A DNA stretch of 58,309 nt from assembly GCA_049510745.1 (NCBI GenBank), contig JBEKYR010000030.1, positions 1-58,309 on the forward strand. The letters run 5' to 3'. The notes below the pieces were generated by a model. The model was not told the origin of the DNA. It saw only the letters and a list, made by a program, of their open reading frames with translations, and ran no database searches. A program made the translations under genes and the position numbers. The DNA is from Verrucomicrobiota bacterium. GTDB taxonomy: Bacteria; Verrucomicrobiota; Verrucomicrobiia; Limisphaerales; Palsa-1400. Shown here piece after piece: positions 1-9,981 of this stretch (positions are counted from its first letter, which is position 1; the number at the start of each line of letters is the position of its first letter).

Positions 1-1349
1 TCGTAGATCTCCAGATCATCCACTTCCGATCCACAGCGCACTCCGCCAACCGGCGCCAGGCGCAGATACATGCCATAGCTTGGCGGCATCTCGTTGTCCT
101 GCCCGAAAATCCTACAACTGCGGATGCTGGCTCCAATCACGGGATTGGCCATCTTGCGCTCTTGAATCTGCACGCTCCCGTCTCCCACGCCTTTCGCCGT
201 CTGGCCGGTTATAGTCAGGTCAAGGAGGCAGGCATGGGAGATAAGTTGCACGACCGCAGCTGGCTTTGCCGCGCGCGAAGGGCGCAACTCTCGCGGGATC
301 CCAGGCTCATATCCAGTGCCATGCAGGATGCAGTTCTCACTGCCGCTGCCCCGTAGGCTGACCCCCGAGGGAACGGTGAGCGTCGCGCTGATGTTGTATG
401 TCCCGGGAGCCAGCGCCACGATCACCCGGCCATTCGGCCCGGCATTCCGAGCCACTTCGCCGGCCGCATCCAGTGCCCGCTGGAGCGGCAGGGTGTCGTC
501 GGCTATTCCATCCCCTTTGGCCCCATATTTGCGGGCGTCAACGATCACAGCAGGAATCGGTCGTGGTGTAACTTCTACCGGCAAGGGACCGCCCCAACCC
601 CATTTGCCGCCGGCCCCGTTGTGAACCCACAGACCGTAGAGGCCAGGCGGAACATCCTCAGGAATCCGGAACGGCACGATCCCGCCCGTTCTGTTATGTT
701 CCGGCTCGAAAGACTCGGCCAAGCGGACCTTGCCCGTTTCGCGTGACTTGAGCGCGACCAACCCGAAGCGGAACTCGACGCAGCAGGCCTTTCCGAAGAT
801 CATGCCGATTTCGCCTGGTGTCATTTGGCTCCGCCCTCCCCAATAAGGCTCCGGACGATTGACGAGTTGGGGGGCGCTGATCCCCGCAGGCGTGCGCACC
901 CAGAAAATGAAAAGGGGCGATCCCGACCGGACGCCGCGCACCACGAGCGTATCCGGGGTGGCATCTACGATCTCCAGCAGACGGCTGCCTTCAGGAGGAG
1001 TTGCAGGCAGGGGCTGCACTTGGCCCACGTCTTGCAGCCATTCGTTGGTCGTTTTCGGGTTCGGACGGTCGCCTGGGGCCAAGTAGTGAAGGACCTGGGT
1101 CTGGCCGGGCACGAAATGATGCCCTTGAATCAACCACAACTCGTCGTTCAACGGCCCCGGCGTCGTGAAGTGGCAGACTTCCGGAGGCCCCGTAGCGTCT
1201 TGAGCCGTCGCCGACATGGCCTTCGAGAAGGGCAACAAGAGCCAGTCAATTGTTAATCCTACAACAACCATTCTCCTAATGAAGGTCCAAACCTCTACCT
1301 GTAAGCGGAGACAATTGGTTACCCTTAAAATGTGTTCACAGGGATTCAT
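1..1349 (-). CDS. Pectate_lyase_3/GH28-related right-handed beta-helix protein, 3'-partial (runs off window start)
   Basis: Not in the ORF track because it has no stop in the window. Hand translation is open from ATG 1349 (alternatives 1271, 1218) to base 1. It contains VDARKYGAKGDGIADDTLPLQRALDAAG...LAPGTYNISATLTVPSGVSLRGSG, the typical N-terminal motif of Pectate_lyase_3 beta-helices. Confidence 0.8.
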   Translation of the reverse strand, partial: MNPCEHILRVTNCLRLQVEVWTFIRRMVVVGLTIDWLLLPFSKAMSATAQDATGPPEVCHFTTPGPLNDELWLIQGHHFVPGQTQVLHYLAPGDRPNPKTTNEWLQDVGQVQPLPATPPEGSRLLEIVDATPDTLVVRGVRSGSPLFIFWVRTPAGISAPQLVNRPEPYWGGRSQMTPGEIGMIFGKACCVEFRFGLVALKSRETGKVRLAESFEPEHNRTGGIVPFRIPEDVPPGLYGLWVHNGAGGKWGWGGPLPVEVTPRPIPAVIVDARKYGAKGDGIADDTLPLQRALDAAGEVARNAGPNGRVIVALAPGTYNISATLTVPSGVSLRGSGSENCILHGTGYEPGIPRELRPSRAAKPAAVVQLISHACLLDLTITGQTAKGVGDGSVQIQERKMANPVIGASIRSCRIFGQDNEMPPSYGMYLRLAPVGGVRCGSEVDDLEIY

Positions 1350-1352
1350 CGC

Positions 1353-2141
1353 CTAGGTTCCAGGCCGACGAAAGAAGTAGGTCAATGAGCGGTATGGATA
1401 CGGTTGGAAGCCATTCGCCTGAAGCAAAGCCGTGACCTCTGTCTCGATACCCGGCCCATGAAACTCGACAATCAAAAGCTGCACATGGCGTATCCAGGGG
1501 AGGCATCTATGGGAGAGCACTGAGGCTTCACAGCCTTCGATGTCGAGCTTGAGAATATCAATGCTATGTAAAGCATAATCGCACATCAACGTCGGAACGT
1601 CCACAGCATCAATTTCTCCGTGTGGATCCGGCGTGGCGCATGCGGTATCCGCATCCCCCGTGACGCGGAGTTTTCCGGGAGACGACCAGAGTCCCCGATG
1701 AGTCAACTGAATGCGTTTGCCGTATGGCGCGACATTGACCGAGGCGTAAGTGAAATTGGTGTCATTGGGCTCGAGAGCGATGATGCTTGCATCGGGCCAA
1801 TCGGTTGCCCGCTTGCAGGTCAGATCCCCGATAAAGGCGCCCGCATCAACGATCACTTTTGGCGGAGCACATCGAAAACGGCTGTATTCACCACGAATGA
1901 TATTATTGACAATCGCGCTGCTGTGGCTGCTTGTTCTGCGAAATTTTATTGGATGCCGAAGAGACTTCAGCGATAACATCTGCTCATGATTATCGAATGT
2001 TGTCAGGCTGCGAGCGACTGCCCATCCTTCGGTCTTCACTATTTGGACAAAACTCCACCCGTGCGCCAGCCTGCGATAGAGGGACTTGGGAATAGTCTTT
2101 CTCGCGGTCGCTCTCAAGCGCTCGTCCAACATCGTGCGCAT
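1353..2141 (-). CDS. FkbM family SAM-dependent methyltransferase
   Basis: Motifs VIVDAGAFIG, ALEPNDTNF, IDILKLDIEGCE and LLIVEFH. ATG 2141 lies 7 nt after the upstream stop; the ORF extends to 2186. Confidence 0.88.
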   Translation of the reverse strand: MRTMLDERLRATARKTIPKSLYRRLAHGWSFVQIVKTEGWAVARSLTTFDNHEQMLSLKSLRHPIKFRRTSSHSSAIVNNIIRGEYSRFRCAPPKVIVDAGAFIGDLTCKRATDWPDASIIALEPNDTNFTYASVNVAPYGKRIQLTHRGLWSSPGKLRVTGDADTACATPDPHGEIDAVDVPTLMCDYALHSIDILKLDIEGCEASVLSHRCLPWIRHVQLLIVEFHGPGIETEVTALLQANGFQPYPYRSLTYFFRRPGT

Positions 2142-2148
2142 AGGCTGG

Positions 2149-3303
2149 CTACCAGATTTTGGAAAATCCGGAGGAATGGGATGCATTTCTTAGGGACTTT
2201 TCAGTGGGCAAAGCTTCAGACAAATTCGACCAGAGCCTCTGCGCCCATCGGACAGCGGAGTATTCCGACACCAACACCGCACTTGCCGCCCCCATTTCTC
2301 TCAAACCGTAAACGCTCATGGAAGCAAGTTTCAAAATCAATTCATTTATCCCTTGCACGTTCACTGATTCGAGGAGAAATCCGTTCACCCCCTCCCGCAC
2401 CAGTTCCCCCGAGGATCCACAGGCGCGGGAACAGATCAGTGGAAGGCCGGCGGCTCCGGCTTCGATAAGCACCAGCGGCCAGTTGTCCTCCCTTGAGGGC
2501 AGGATGAAGGCCCCCGCTTCTGCCATGACCGCTGGAAGGTCTGCCGGCTGAACAAAGCCCCTATCTATAATGTTTGGACAATGCTTGCAGTAATTCGCAA
2601 TCAGTCCCTTAAGCGGTCCCGCCCCGCATAACACCAGTTTCCATCCACCGCTGTGCTGAGAAAATGCCTTCAAGAGTTCTGGCACGCCTTTGCGCTCCAC
2701 ATACTGCCCTACGAAAAGCAATGACCTCGGCCAATCGGAACGTGCTTTGCGCAGGCCGGCGACTATCGCAAATCGGTCCACGTCAACCGAATACAAGCCG
2801 GTCCAAATCTTTCCGGCGAGAACCCCGCTTCTCAGCAGGTAGTTTCTTGCTCTTTCGCCGGGAACCAGGAAAAAGTCCACCATCCGCCTCAAGACTAACT
2901 GGTAATAGACCGGAAGAAGCCTTTGCTTCCATGTGCCGCGGAATTGGTTGTCACAGCCCGCCACAACCAAAGAGCCCAGGCGTTGCGCCGACCAGGCAAC
3001 GACCCTGGCCGACCTGATCCACCCGCCCACCAGCGCTGCGTGCGGCTTGAACTGCTCCACATGCGCGCTGATTTGGCGGCGCTCCGTGGCCGTAATATCA
3101 ATGCACTCACCCAAATCCGGGTACCGCGCCATATCGAATGGGGGATCATAGTGCGAACGGTCAAAAAGAACCAGGGTCTGAACCGGATGGTTCAGTCGAA
3201 GGGCCGCGATGCATGCCGCCGCATACTCAGGAAGCCCGCACCAGTGGATCAAGACGCGCTTCTTTGATACATCCGGCCGGCTTCCTATCGTGTCAAGTTC
3301 CAT
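2149..3303 (-). CDS. Glycosyltransferase family 4
   Basis: LLFVGQYVERKG and FILPSREDNWPLVLIEAGAAGLPLICS (GT-B EX7E-like motif). Confidence 0.92.
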   Translation of the reverse strand: MELDTIGSRPDVSKKRVLIHWCGLPEYAAACIAALRLNHPVQTLVLFDRSHYDPPFDMARYPDLGECIDITATERRQISAHVEQFKPHAALVGGWIRSARVVAWSAQRLGSLVVAGCDNQFRGTWKQRLLPVYYQLVLRRMVDFFLVPGERARNYLLRSGVLAGKIWTGLYSVDVDRFAIVAGLRKARSDWPRSLLFVGQYVERKGVPELLKAFSQHSGGWKLVLCGAGPLKGLIANYCKHCPNIIDRGFVQPADLPAVMAEAGAFILPSREDNWPLVLIEAGAAGLPLICSRACGSSGELVREGVNGFLLESVNVQGINELILKLASMSVYGLREMGAASAVLVSEYSAVRWAQRLWSNLSEALPTEKSLRNASHSSGFSKIW

Positions 3304-3320
3304 AAGCGAAACGGCAAAAG

Positions 3321-4592
3321 TTATGAAAGTGCGGAGACAAGTCTCCGTCCATAGGCCGCTAGCGTGAATTCCTCTGCGCGCTCACGCGCCTTCGCACTCA
3401 TATATACTCGCAGATCAATATCTGAAGCCAACCGCTCCAACCGGTCCTGAATGGCGTCAACATCGCGCATTGGGATGATGAAGCCGTCCACACCATCTCT
3501 CACCACGCTTCCCGTGTTAGGCGTGCAGATGACCGGCAGGCCGTACGCCAGCGCCTCGTAGCTCACGGTGGCGGAGCCTTCACAAACGGATGGGAGAAGA
3601 AAGACATCGGCCCATTCGAAATGCTGCCGGACTTCGTTTCGCGGCACACGGCCAATCAATTCCAGGTGCTCACGCAACTGCGCTTGCGTCTGCAACGTTA
3701 CAGCAAGAGTCCCGACCATGCGAAATTGCGCTTGTCCCTTGAGCCGCCGGGCTGCCTGCAGAACGTACGGCGAGCCTTTCCGCAGCCCCACTGCCCCGAC
3801 GGTCAAAACGCGCAATGGACGGTTGAGAGTTGAGGGTTGAAGGTTGATAGAGGCCACCTCATCCGGACTTCGGCTACCTTCTCCCCTCTGCGGAGAAAGC
3901 ATATCTACGCCGTAGGGGACAACGACGCACTTTTCAGCCGGGCCGCCGCAGCGGACAATGCCTTCGCGTACAAACTCCGACCCACATATTATTACGTCAG
4001 TAGCTTGCCACTCTGCCCCTTCTCGATCAATCATTTTGACCGCCAATTCATCATGCCCTTCAGCAGCTTCCCATCCAGGGAACCGTTCCGCCTCCGACGC
4101 CACAAGCTCACACTCGACGCGCTTGGGAGCAATTGTTTGCTCCATGACCGCGAGTAGCCCTTTGCGTTGAGCAGCTTGTAGCAATTCAAGTCCGGAACTG
4201 TTGAAGGTGTAAACCGCAGCTGCATTCCCAAAACCCTTGGATAGAATTTTCTGACAAAACTTGCTTCCCGACCAAAGATAGGTTCGCGTGCGTTCGGCGG
4301 GGGTCTTTGCCATGCGTACTCTGTATTGGCAGTGCAACCCATGCAGGTTGAATGCGGTAATCTTGTCATCCGGGATATTCTTTAGATTTCTGGCAAGGAA
4401 CAGTTGAAGAAACTTTGGTCGAAACCTGTCTGGAACCCTGCGCAGGAATCGAGACCAGTTACTGGTCGCGCAAAAATCAGTGTAAACCCGGTCTAACAAT
4501 CCGGCGCTTGAAAGGATGCGAGGCACAGCATAATTCATCCGGGCTCCCGGGTGTGCGACGAGGAAGGTGCGATGATAAACACTCAATGTCAT
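3321..4592 (-). CDS. Glycosyltransferase family 4
   Basis: VLTVGAVGLRKG and ADVFLLPSVCEGSATVSYEALAYGLPVICT. Confidence 0.92.
   Translation of the reverse strand: MTLSVYHRTFLVAHPGARMNYAVPRILSSAGLLDRVYTDFCATSNWSRFLRRVPDRFRPKFLQLFLARNLKNIPDDKITAFNLHGLHCQYRVRMAKTPAERTRTYLWSGSKFCQKILSKGFGNAAAVYTFNSSGLELLQAAQRKGLLAVMEQTIAPKRVECELVASEAERFPGWEAAEGHDELAVKMIDREGAEWQATDVIICGSEFVREGIVRCGGPAEKCVVVPYGVDMLSPQRGEGSRSPDEVASINLQPSTLNRPLRVLTVGAVGLRKGSPYVLQAARRLKGQAQFRMVGTLAVTLQTQAQLREHLELIGRVPRNEVRQHFEWADVFLLPSVCEGSATVSYEALAYGLPVICTPNTGSVVRDGVDGFIIPMRDVDAIQDRLERLASDIDLRVYMSAKARERAEEFTLAAYGRRLVSALS
3821..3899. repeat. REP-like palindromic fragment plus GGTTGA-type short repeats, in frame inside the GT4 gene
   Basis: ggttgagagttgagggttgaaggttgatag is followed by cctcatccggacttcggctaccttctcccctctgcggaga. 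The latter resembles the widespread CCCTCATCCGGCCTTCGGCCACCTTCTCCC REP motif (recognised from memory). Confidence 0.55.
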
Positions 4593-5908
4593 AAGACACT
4601 CGCCTCAGAAAGAACACGCTTGATTGCGCGTCCGCATTTGAACGTTGACCAGTTTTCGACGGCGGATAACAGCAGTTTCCAAACCAAACGGTGGATGATT
4701 GTTGGTGCCTTGAGGTCTATCATCTGTTTGTGATAACGGTTGGCAAACGCCTGGTGCTCATTCAACATCTGGAGCAAATAGTCGGGATTACTCTGACCTC
4801 GCCAAAAAGAATACAAATCTGCCAAATCCAGACTTACTCTTCGGATGTGCCATCGGCGTTCGGCATAAGATGCGCAGGATTTCTTCAAGTTGGTCAGTTT
4901 ATCGTTGTCCTTGGCAAAACGGCAAATCAAATCCACCATCCCACGAGTATCGGCAACCAGTTCTCCGGTGACGCCGCTGATTATCTGCTCGGCTTGCCCG
5001 TTATCCTTCAGCGGGTTCACAAGCGCAATCGTGGGAACGCCCAGGCCGGCCGCCTCGGCAATGGTGCTCGAAAAGCATTCTCCATTGCGGCTCATAAAAA
5101 CCTGAACATCCACCGATGATAATGCGTTGGCCAAAATATTGAAATCGCCTGTTTCGGGCAAATTATAAAAGCGATCTTTCCACCGGTTCTGCAAACGCCT
5201 CCGCGCCTCATGGTATGGAAACCCCATAGAAAGCCACACGGCCCGACGGCAGTCATTCAGGATTTGGTTGATTAATATCTCATGGGCTGGATGCCATTTG
5301 GAGGTGTCATTTCTCCCAATACGTCCCACCACAAAACCGTGATTATCATTTAGATTTATACCAAGGAGCTTTCTTCGTGTCGCTACGATTTCAGTGGTAT
5401 CATTGGCGGATACGGCAACCTGCGGCGGCGTAAAAGGAGTAAGCGGAACATAGCCAATTCCTTTGCGAACCGCTTCAGTTGCATCCAGTTTTAACCAACG
5501 ACATAGGCGGTAGAATGTATAAACCCCTACGCAACATGCTTTGCTGTGAAGAAGAGTTTCATTATTACGCGGGGGCCGTCCAAAAACAGGGGTTGAGACG
5601 ATTAAAGGCGCGTTACGCGTTTTGTTATCAGCAAAACAACTTATAGTCTTTTCTTGAAACGCGGCAGCATGAATATGCAGAACATCACATTTTAATTCCT
5701 CCGCCAGATGCACCAAAGTTTCAGGTCGTGTGTTTTGCAAGATGGTATGTGTGAGATTCTTTGTTGCCTTCGCACAAAACCTGGGGCCGGACCTAGAAGA
5801 CACAACCCATGCCTCATGCCCTAATTGGGAAAACTCTGCAGCTAAAACACAACCTGCCTTCTGGACCCCACCCAACTCAAAATCAGGTATGTATTGAATG
5901 ATTCTCAT
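4589..5908 (-). CDS. Glycosyltransferase (GT4-like)
   Basis: N-terminal ELGGVQK, VVGRIGRND and SRNGECFSSTIAEAAGLGVP. Visibly more AT-rich than its neighbours. Confidence 0.85.
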   Translation of the reverse strand: MRIIQYIPDFELGGVQKAGCVLAAEFSQLGHEAWVVSSRSGPRFCAKATKNLTHTILQNTRPETLVHLAEELKCDVLHIHAAAFQEKTISCFADNKTRNAPLIVSTPVFGRPPRNNETLLHSKACCVGVYTFYRLCRWLKLDATEAVRKGIGYVPLTPFTPPQVAVSANDTTEIVATRRKLLGINLNDNHGFVVGRIGRNDTSKWHPAHEILINQILNDCRRAVWLSMGFPYHEARRRLQNRWKDRFYNLPETGDFNILANALSSVDVQVFMSRNGECFSSTIAEAAGLGVPTIALVNPLKDNGQAEQIISGVTGELVADTRGMVDLICRFAKDNDKLTNLKKSCASYAERRWHIRRVSLDLADLYSFWRGQSNPDYLLQMLNEHQAFANRYHKQMIDLKAPTIIHRLVWKLLLSAVENWSTFKCGRAIKRVLSEASVL

Positions 5909-5962
5909 GACTCATGGCGACCAAGTGAAAACCCGCTCACCGCTGGTCCAGTCCCTCGAACA

Positions 5963-7132
5963 TTACACCCCGTTTCGAGCAATAGAGCGGAGCATCACGA
6001 CGAGGTTGCCTGCGTGCTTTTCAAAGTTGAGATCCTCGGCAAACACTTGGCGGAGGTGTTGCTTTCGTGCAGGCAGGCCCGGCGGGTCATTCAGCAAGCG
6101 CTTGATGGAATCCGCCAGTTCGCGGGGATTGTTCGGGTCGCAGCAAATGCCCAGCGCATGCTTATAGACCAGCGCCTCCACATTGGGGGTGGCGACGGCG
6201 ACGAACGGAATCCCACAAGCCACGAACAGGGCTAACCGGCTGGGGTTCCCCATGAAATTCCCGCTGCTCGACGTCGCGTCATGGAAGATGGCGCCTAAGT
6301 CGGCCGCTGCAATGAGATTGAGAACCTGGTCGTGGGACATCGGGCTATAGACCTTTACCCGCCCCTCCAGTTCGCTGCTCGCTGCCATGCGTCGCACCTC
6401 GCGTCCGTATGCATCATCCAGAGCAATGGTTACCAGCACGTAATCGCGCGGCAAGAGCTTGAAGGCTTGCATAATCTCCAGCGTCAGCCGCTCCTTACCG
6501 GCAATAGTGGGATAAATCAGAACAACTGAATTGTCCGATCTGAGGCCCTGCAACATCTCCCGCCGCAGTCTGGCGATGTCCGCCGGGAGCACGGCGACCT
6601 TGGACAAGTAGTTCGGCAGGAACAAAGGACAGCGCGGCAAGCGGTACAATGTTTGTTGCAGGCGCGCACGGGTCCGATCGGTGTTCACCAAGAGGCTGGC
6701 ATGGCGGCATGTGTATTTCTCCAGCAGGAGGTGGAACCGCGAATGCAGCCCAGGTTCCAGCCAATCGTAAGTATGGTACACCGTCGCGCACCTTCGAGGA
6801 GCAAGAACTCTGGCGGGCCAGAAGATGGGCAGCGTCCAACTGTTGATCACGTAGAGGATATCGTACCGGGCAACTCTCAGAACCTTGGCCAGGCGCCAGA
6901 CCGAGCGCAATCTGCTCAAGAACGATCCAACCGACTTGCCAGGGACCAACGTGAAGCTCTGAAGCTTGATGCCCGGATGGAGACTGGAGGGCTTTTGCTG
7001 ACTCGAGTCCTGGCCGAAATGCACGATCTCGACGGTGAAGTCGCTCTGCGCCAGGAAATTTACCAGCGTAAAGACGTGCTGCTGCCGGGTAAGTGGCCCC
7101 ACCCAAATAACCAGTATGCGAATCTGTTCCAT
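5963..7132 (-). CDS. Glycosyltransferase (GT4-like)
   Basis: Likely start MEQIRILVIW at 7132, 11 nt after the wzy stop. C-terminal AADLGAIFH...NPSRLALFVACGIPFV matches the SPNKLFEY-type GT4 subgroup. Confidence 0.8.
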   Translation of the reverse strand: MEQIRILVIWVGPLTRQQHVFTLVNFLAQSDFTVEIVHFGQDSSQQKPSSLHPGIKLQSFTLVPGKSVGSFLSRLRSVWRLAKVLRVARYDILYVINSWTLPIFWPARVLAPRRCATVYHTYDWLEPGLHSRFHLLLEKYTCRHASLLVNTDRTRARLQQTLYRLPRCPLFLPNYLSKVAVLPADIARLRREMLQGLRSDNSVVLIYPTIAGKERLTLEIMQAFKLLPRDYVLVTIALDDAYGREVRRMAASSELEGRVKVYSPMSHDQVLNLIAAADLGAIFHDATSSSGNFMGNPSRLALFVACGIPFVAVATPNVEALVYKHALGICCDPNNPRELADSIKRLLNDPPGLPARKQHLRQVFAEDLNFEKHAGNLVVMLRSIARNGV

Positions 7133-7143
7133 GAAGGCACTTC

Positions 7144-8628
7144 TCAATCGGTAGGGGAGCCGGATCGTCGTAAGGAGCCACGCCCTTCCGGGGCTGATCG
7201 GCCCACGCTTCCTGATGAAGTGGAGTCCATGGGACTGGTCACAGTGCCGTCCCCAGGGCGCCTCCGTAAAACACCTCTTCGCGCGGAGCGCGAGCCAGCC
7301 TGCAACGTGCGGCCAACGTGCGGCTCTGCGGCCCACCAAAGACCTGCCAACATTGGGACGATACTGAATGGCAACAGGCTGCTCATGGAAGCCAGCGGCC
7401 CAAGCCCCATCGGCATGGACAAGACGCCATTGGACAGCGTCACAAAGACAACGGCTGCCGCCGGGTGGGTCATGGCGCGGCGGCCAAACGAGTCTATGAC
7501 CCCGAGATAATACCCGGTCAGAGCCGCCATGAAAAAGACCGACAGATAGCCAAGATGCAGGTAATACATCCCGAGGATCGTTGGGGTTGACCCTGTTCTG
7601 TGGGTCTTCCCCAACAACCGGTCCAATTCCACCACTTTTTCCTTGGATGGATCGGGCCGGTCCGGCCACCAGACCCTGGGAATCCATTTGTAGAGAAAAG
7701 CCGTGTAAAACACAAAATAGTCGTAGTCCACCTCGCTGGGGATCGTCTTAATGAAACCCGCGAACAAGACGATTTCACTCATATGGGACGGGTCTTCTTT
7801 ATCTTTTATCACCGCAAAGTTCGCCGTCGCCAGCTCCAAAACGGCTCCGGCGTCCAACGACTGTAACAACTCCTTTGATCGCTTAAAGTCCGAACCCAGG
7901 TGATAGTCATCCCGGGTCAGCTTCACAAAGCCCAGTAGCACCGCCAGAACGCAACCGACCGCGGCAACCGTAATCAGATTGGGAATCTTTCTGCGCCAGA
8001 GCATGGCGCAATAGAGTCCCAGGATCGCCACAGCGAAGATTCCCGATCGCTGGCCAAGAAGCAGATTGTAAGCCGCCATGACGGCAAGCAGAACGATGCC
8101 AGGCCCGTGCCATGCCTTTTTCTTCATGCCGGCAGCGAGCAGAAAGGCAACCCCGGGGAAGAGCAGCCAGCGGGCGCCATAGACGTAGGCTGACACGTGC
8201 TCGTAATCACCGGCACCGCGGGCGGCGGAGAAGTAATCTTCCACACCGCCGGAAAGTTGGATGAAGCGGATTTCCCCGGCCACTCCGATCACCGCCAGCA
8301 CCAAGCCCACTGTACCGAGCCTGTCGGGGTTTGTGGCCGAAAGGAGATGCCGCCAGCCTGGAGGAGTAGCATTGACGGCGCGGGTGTAACCGAGAACGAT
8401 GCCGAGAAAACCCAACGAGACAGCCAGCCAGCAACTGGGCAAGACAGCCTCACCGTAATGAAAGGTGATGCCTTCACGGGCGTTGTAAAGTCCATAGCCA
8501 TAAAGGACGGCAAACGCAAACAGGAACTGGAAGATGCTCAGAAGGTAGTTGCCGCCGCTTCGTCGCAGCATGATTGCCGCGAACGCGGCGACAGCGATCA
8601 CGACAACAAAAAAGAAAACAAGAGGCAT
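7144..8628 (-). CDS. wzy: Polysaccharide polymerase Wzy (O-antigen polymerase-like)
   Basis: About 11-12 hydrophobic segments, LLGQRSG, a periplasmic loop with WIPRVWWPDRP, and TPTILGMYYLHLGY. Lies in a polysaccharide locus. Confidence 0.8.
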   Translation of the reverse strand: MPLVFFFVVVIAVAAFAAIMLRRSGGNYLLSIFQFLFAFAVLYGYGLYNAREGITFHYGEAVLPSCWLAVSLGFLGIVLGYTRAVNATPPGWRHLLSATNPDRLGTVGLVLAVIGVAGEIRFIQLSGGVEDYFSAARGAGDYEHVSAYVYGARWLLFPGVAFLLAAGMKKKAWHGPGIVLLAVMAAYNLLLGQRSGIFAVAILGLYCAMLWRRKIPNLITVAAVGCVLAVLLGFVKLTRDDYHLGSDFKRSKELLQSLDAGAVLELATANFAVIKDKEDPSHMSEIVLFAGFIKTIPSEVDYDYFVFYTAFLYKWIPRVWWPDRPDPSKEKVVELDRLLGKTHRTGSTPTILGMYYLHLGYLSVFFMAALTGYYLGVIDSFGRRAMTHPAAAVVFVTLSNGVLSMPMGLGPLASMSSLLPFSIVPMLAGLWWAAEPHVGRTLQAGSRSARRGVLRRRPGDGTVTSPMDSTSSGSVGRSAPEGRGSLRRSGSPTD

Positions 8629-8770
8629 GGTCTTGCGGGTTAATTATGCCGATGCAGCGGGGCTAACCGCGTTGCCACAGGCAGCAGCCCCGGCAAGTCT
8701 GAACGGGATTGGGCCAAGTTCTGAAGACCAGTTTGCGGCACTATGAGCCATCTGTCAATCATGGAACTCC

Positions 8771-9901
8771 TCAGCATTTGCACCAAACCCGCCGGTTCAC
8801 GTAGCCGGTGTAGCTTAGGATGATTTTGGCGACCTTCCACGAAACCTGATCCACGTTGTAATCGGATGGGATGCGACAGGAGCCCAGAGTGCGGAACTGG
8901 GCCAGGGTCATTTCGACGGCATTGAGAATGCGTTCCTTTCCGAGCCCGGTCATGATCACGACACCTTCGTCCATGCCTTCGGGGCGCTCGTGCGCCTCGC
9001 GCAACGTCACGGCCGGGAAACCGAGAATAGAGGATTCCTCGGTAATGGTGCCGCTGTCCGAAAGGGTGCAAAACGCGTTCTTCTGCAAGGCCACATAGTC
9101 GAAGAAGCCCAACGGCGGCATGGCGCGGACGAGCTTGTGCAATCTGAGTTGGGCCGCGTCGAGTCGTTTCCGCGTCCGTGGATGGACGGAGAAGACCAGC
9201 GGCAGGCGGTATTTGCGGGCGAGGAGATCCAGTACGTCCACCAAGCTCTTCAGATGGACCGCGTCGTCGACGTTTTCCTCGCGGTGAAGGCTCACAGTGA
9301 AATAGCGCTCTTTTTCGAGGCCAAGCCGGGTCAGAATGCTGGAGGCCTCGATGGCGGCGCGGTGGTGGTCAAGGATTTCCTTCATCGGCGAACCCGTCTT
9401 AATGATGCGATCTGGCGGGAATCCTTCCGCCATCAGGTAACGTCGGGCATGCTGGGTGTAGGGCAGATTGATGTCGCTGACGTGATCAATGATGCGGCGG
9501 TTGATCTCCTCCGGCACACGCATATCGAAGCAGCGGTTGCCAGCCTCCATGTGGAAGATGGGGATTTTGCGGCGTTTGGCGGAAATGGCTGAGAGGGCAC
9601 TGTTGGTGTCACCTAGCACGAGCATGGCGTCGGGCTTTTCCTTCGCGAAGACTTTGTCGGATTTGGCAATGATGTTGCCAATAGTCTCAGCGAGCGTCTG
9701 GCCCACGGCTTCCAGGAAATAATCGGGCTTCCGCAGCCCGAGATCCCGAAAAAAAATCCCGTTCAGTTCGTAATCGTAATTCTGACCGGTGTGGACGATG
9801 ACGTGGTCGAAACATTCGTCCAAGCGCGGCATCACGCGGGAAAGTTTGATAATCTCCGGACGGGTGCCAACGACAGTGATGACTTTGAAGTTTGAATTCA
9901 A
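8771..9901 (-). CDS. Non-hydrolysing UDP-GlcNAc 2-epimerase family, FnlC/QnlB-type UDP-2-acetamido-2,6-dideoxy-L-hexose 2-epimerase
   Basis: VVGTRPEIIKL, HTGQNYDYEL, GDTNS, HMEAGNRCFDMRVPEEINRRIIDH, SDSGTITEE and HERPEGMDEG. Confidence 0.93.
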   Translation of the reverse strand: MNSNFKVITVVGTRPEIIKLSRVMPRLDECFDHVIVHTGQNYDYELNGIFFRDLGLRKPDYFLEAVGQTLAETIGNIIAKSDKVFAKEKPDAMLVLGDTNSALSAISAKRRKIPIFHMEAGNRCFDMRVPEEINRRIIDHVSDINLPYTQHARRYLMAEGFPPDRIIKTGSPMKEILDHHRAAIEASSILTRLGLEKERYFTVSLHREENVDDAVHLKSLVDVLDLLARKYRLPLVFSVHPRTRKRLDAAQLRLHKLVRAMPPLGFFDYVALQKNAFCTLSDSGTITEESSILGFPAVTLREAHERPEGMDEGVVIMTGLGKERILNAVEMTLAQFRTLGSCRIPSDYNVDQVSWKVAKIILSYTGYVNRRVWCKC

Positions 9902-9981
9902 ATTAATGGGAATATTGATGGGGCATTAAGGAGCGGTCGGATGTCGGCACAGCTTGTTGGTGGTTGAGGCACGCCAAAACC

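Noticed and set aside
7133..7687. N-terminal extension of the 574-aa ORF
   Set aside because: It overlaps wzy in another frame. The GT-like sequence begins at ATG 7132. Similar over-extended starts were trimmed for the ORFs at 21211, 31206, 36981, 39329, 51210 and 51452.
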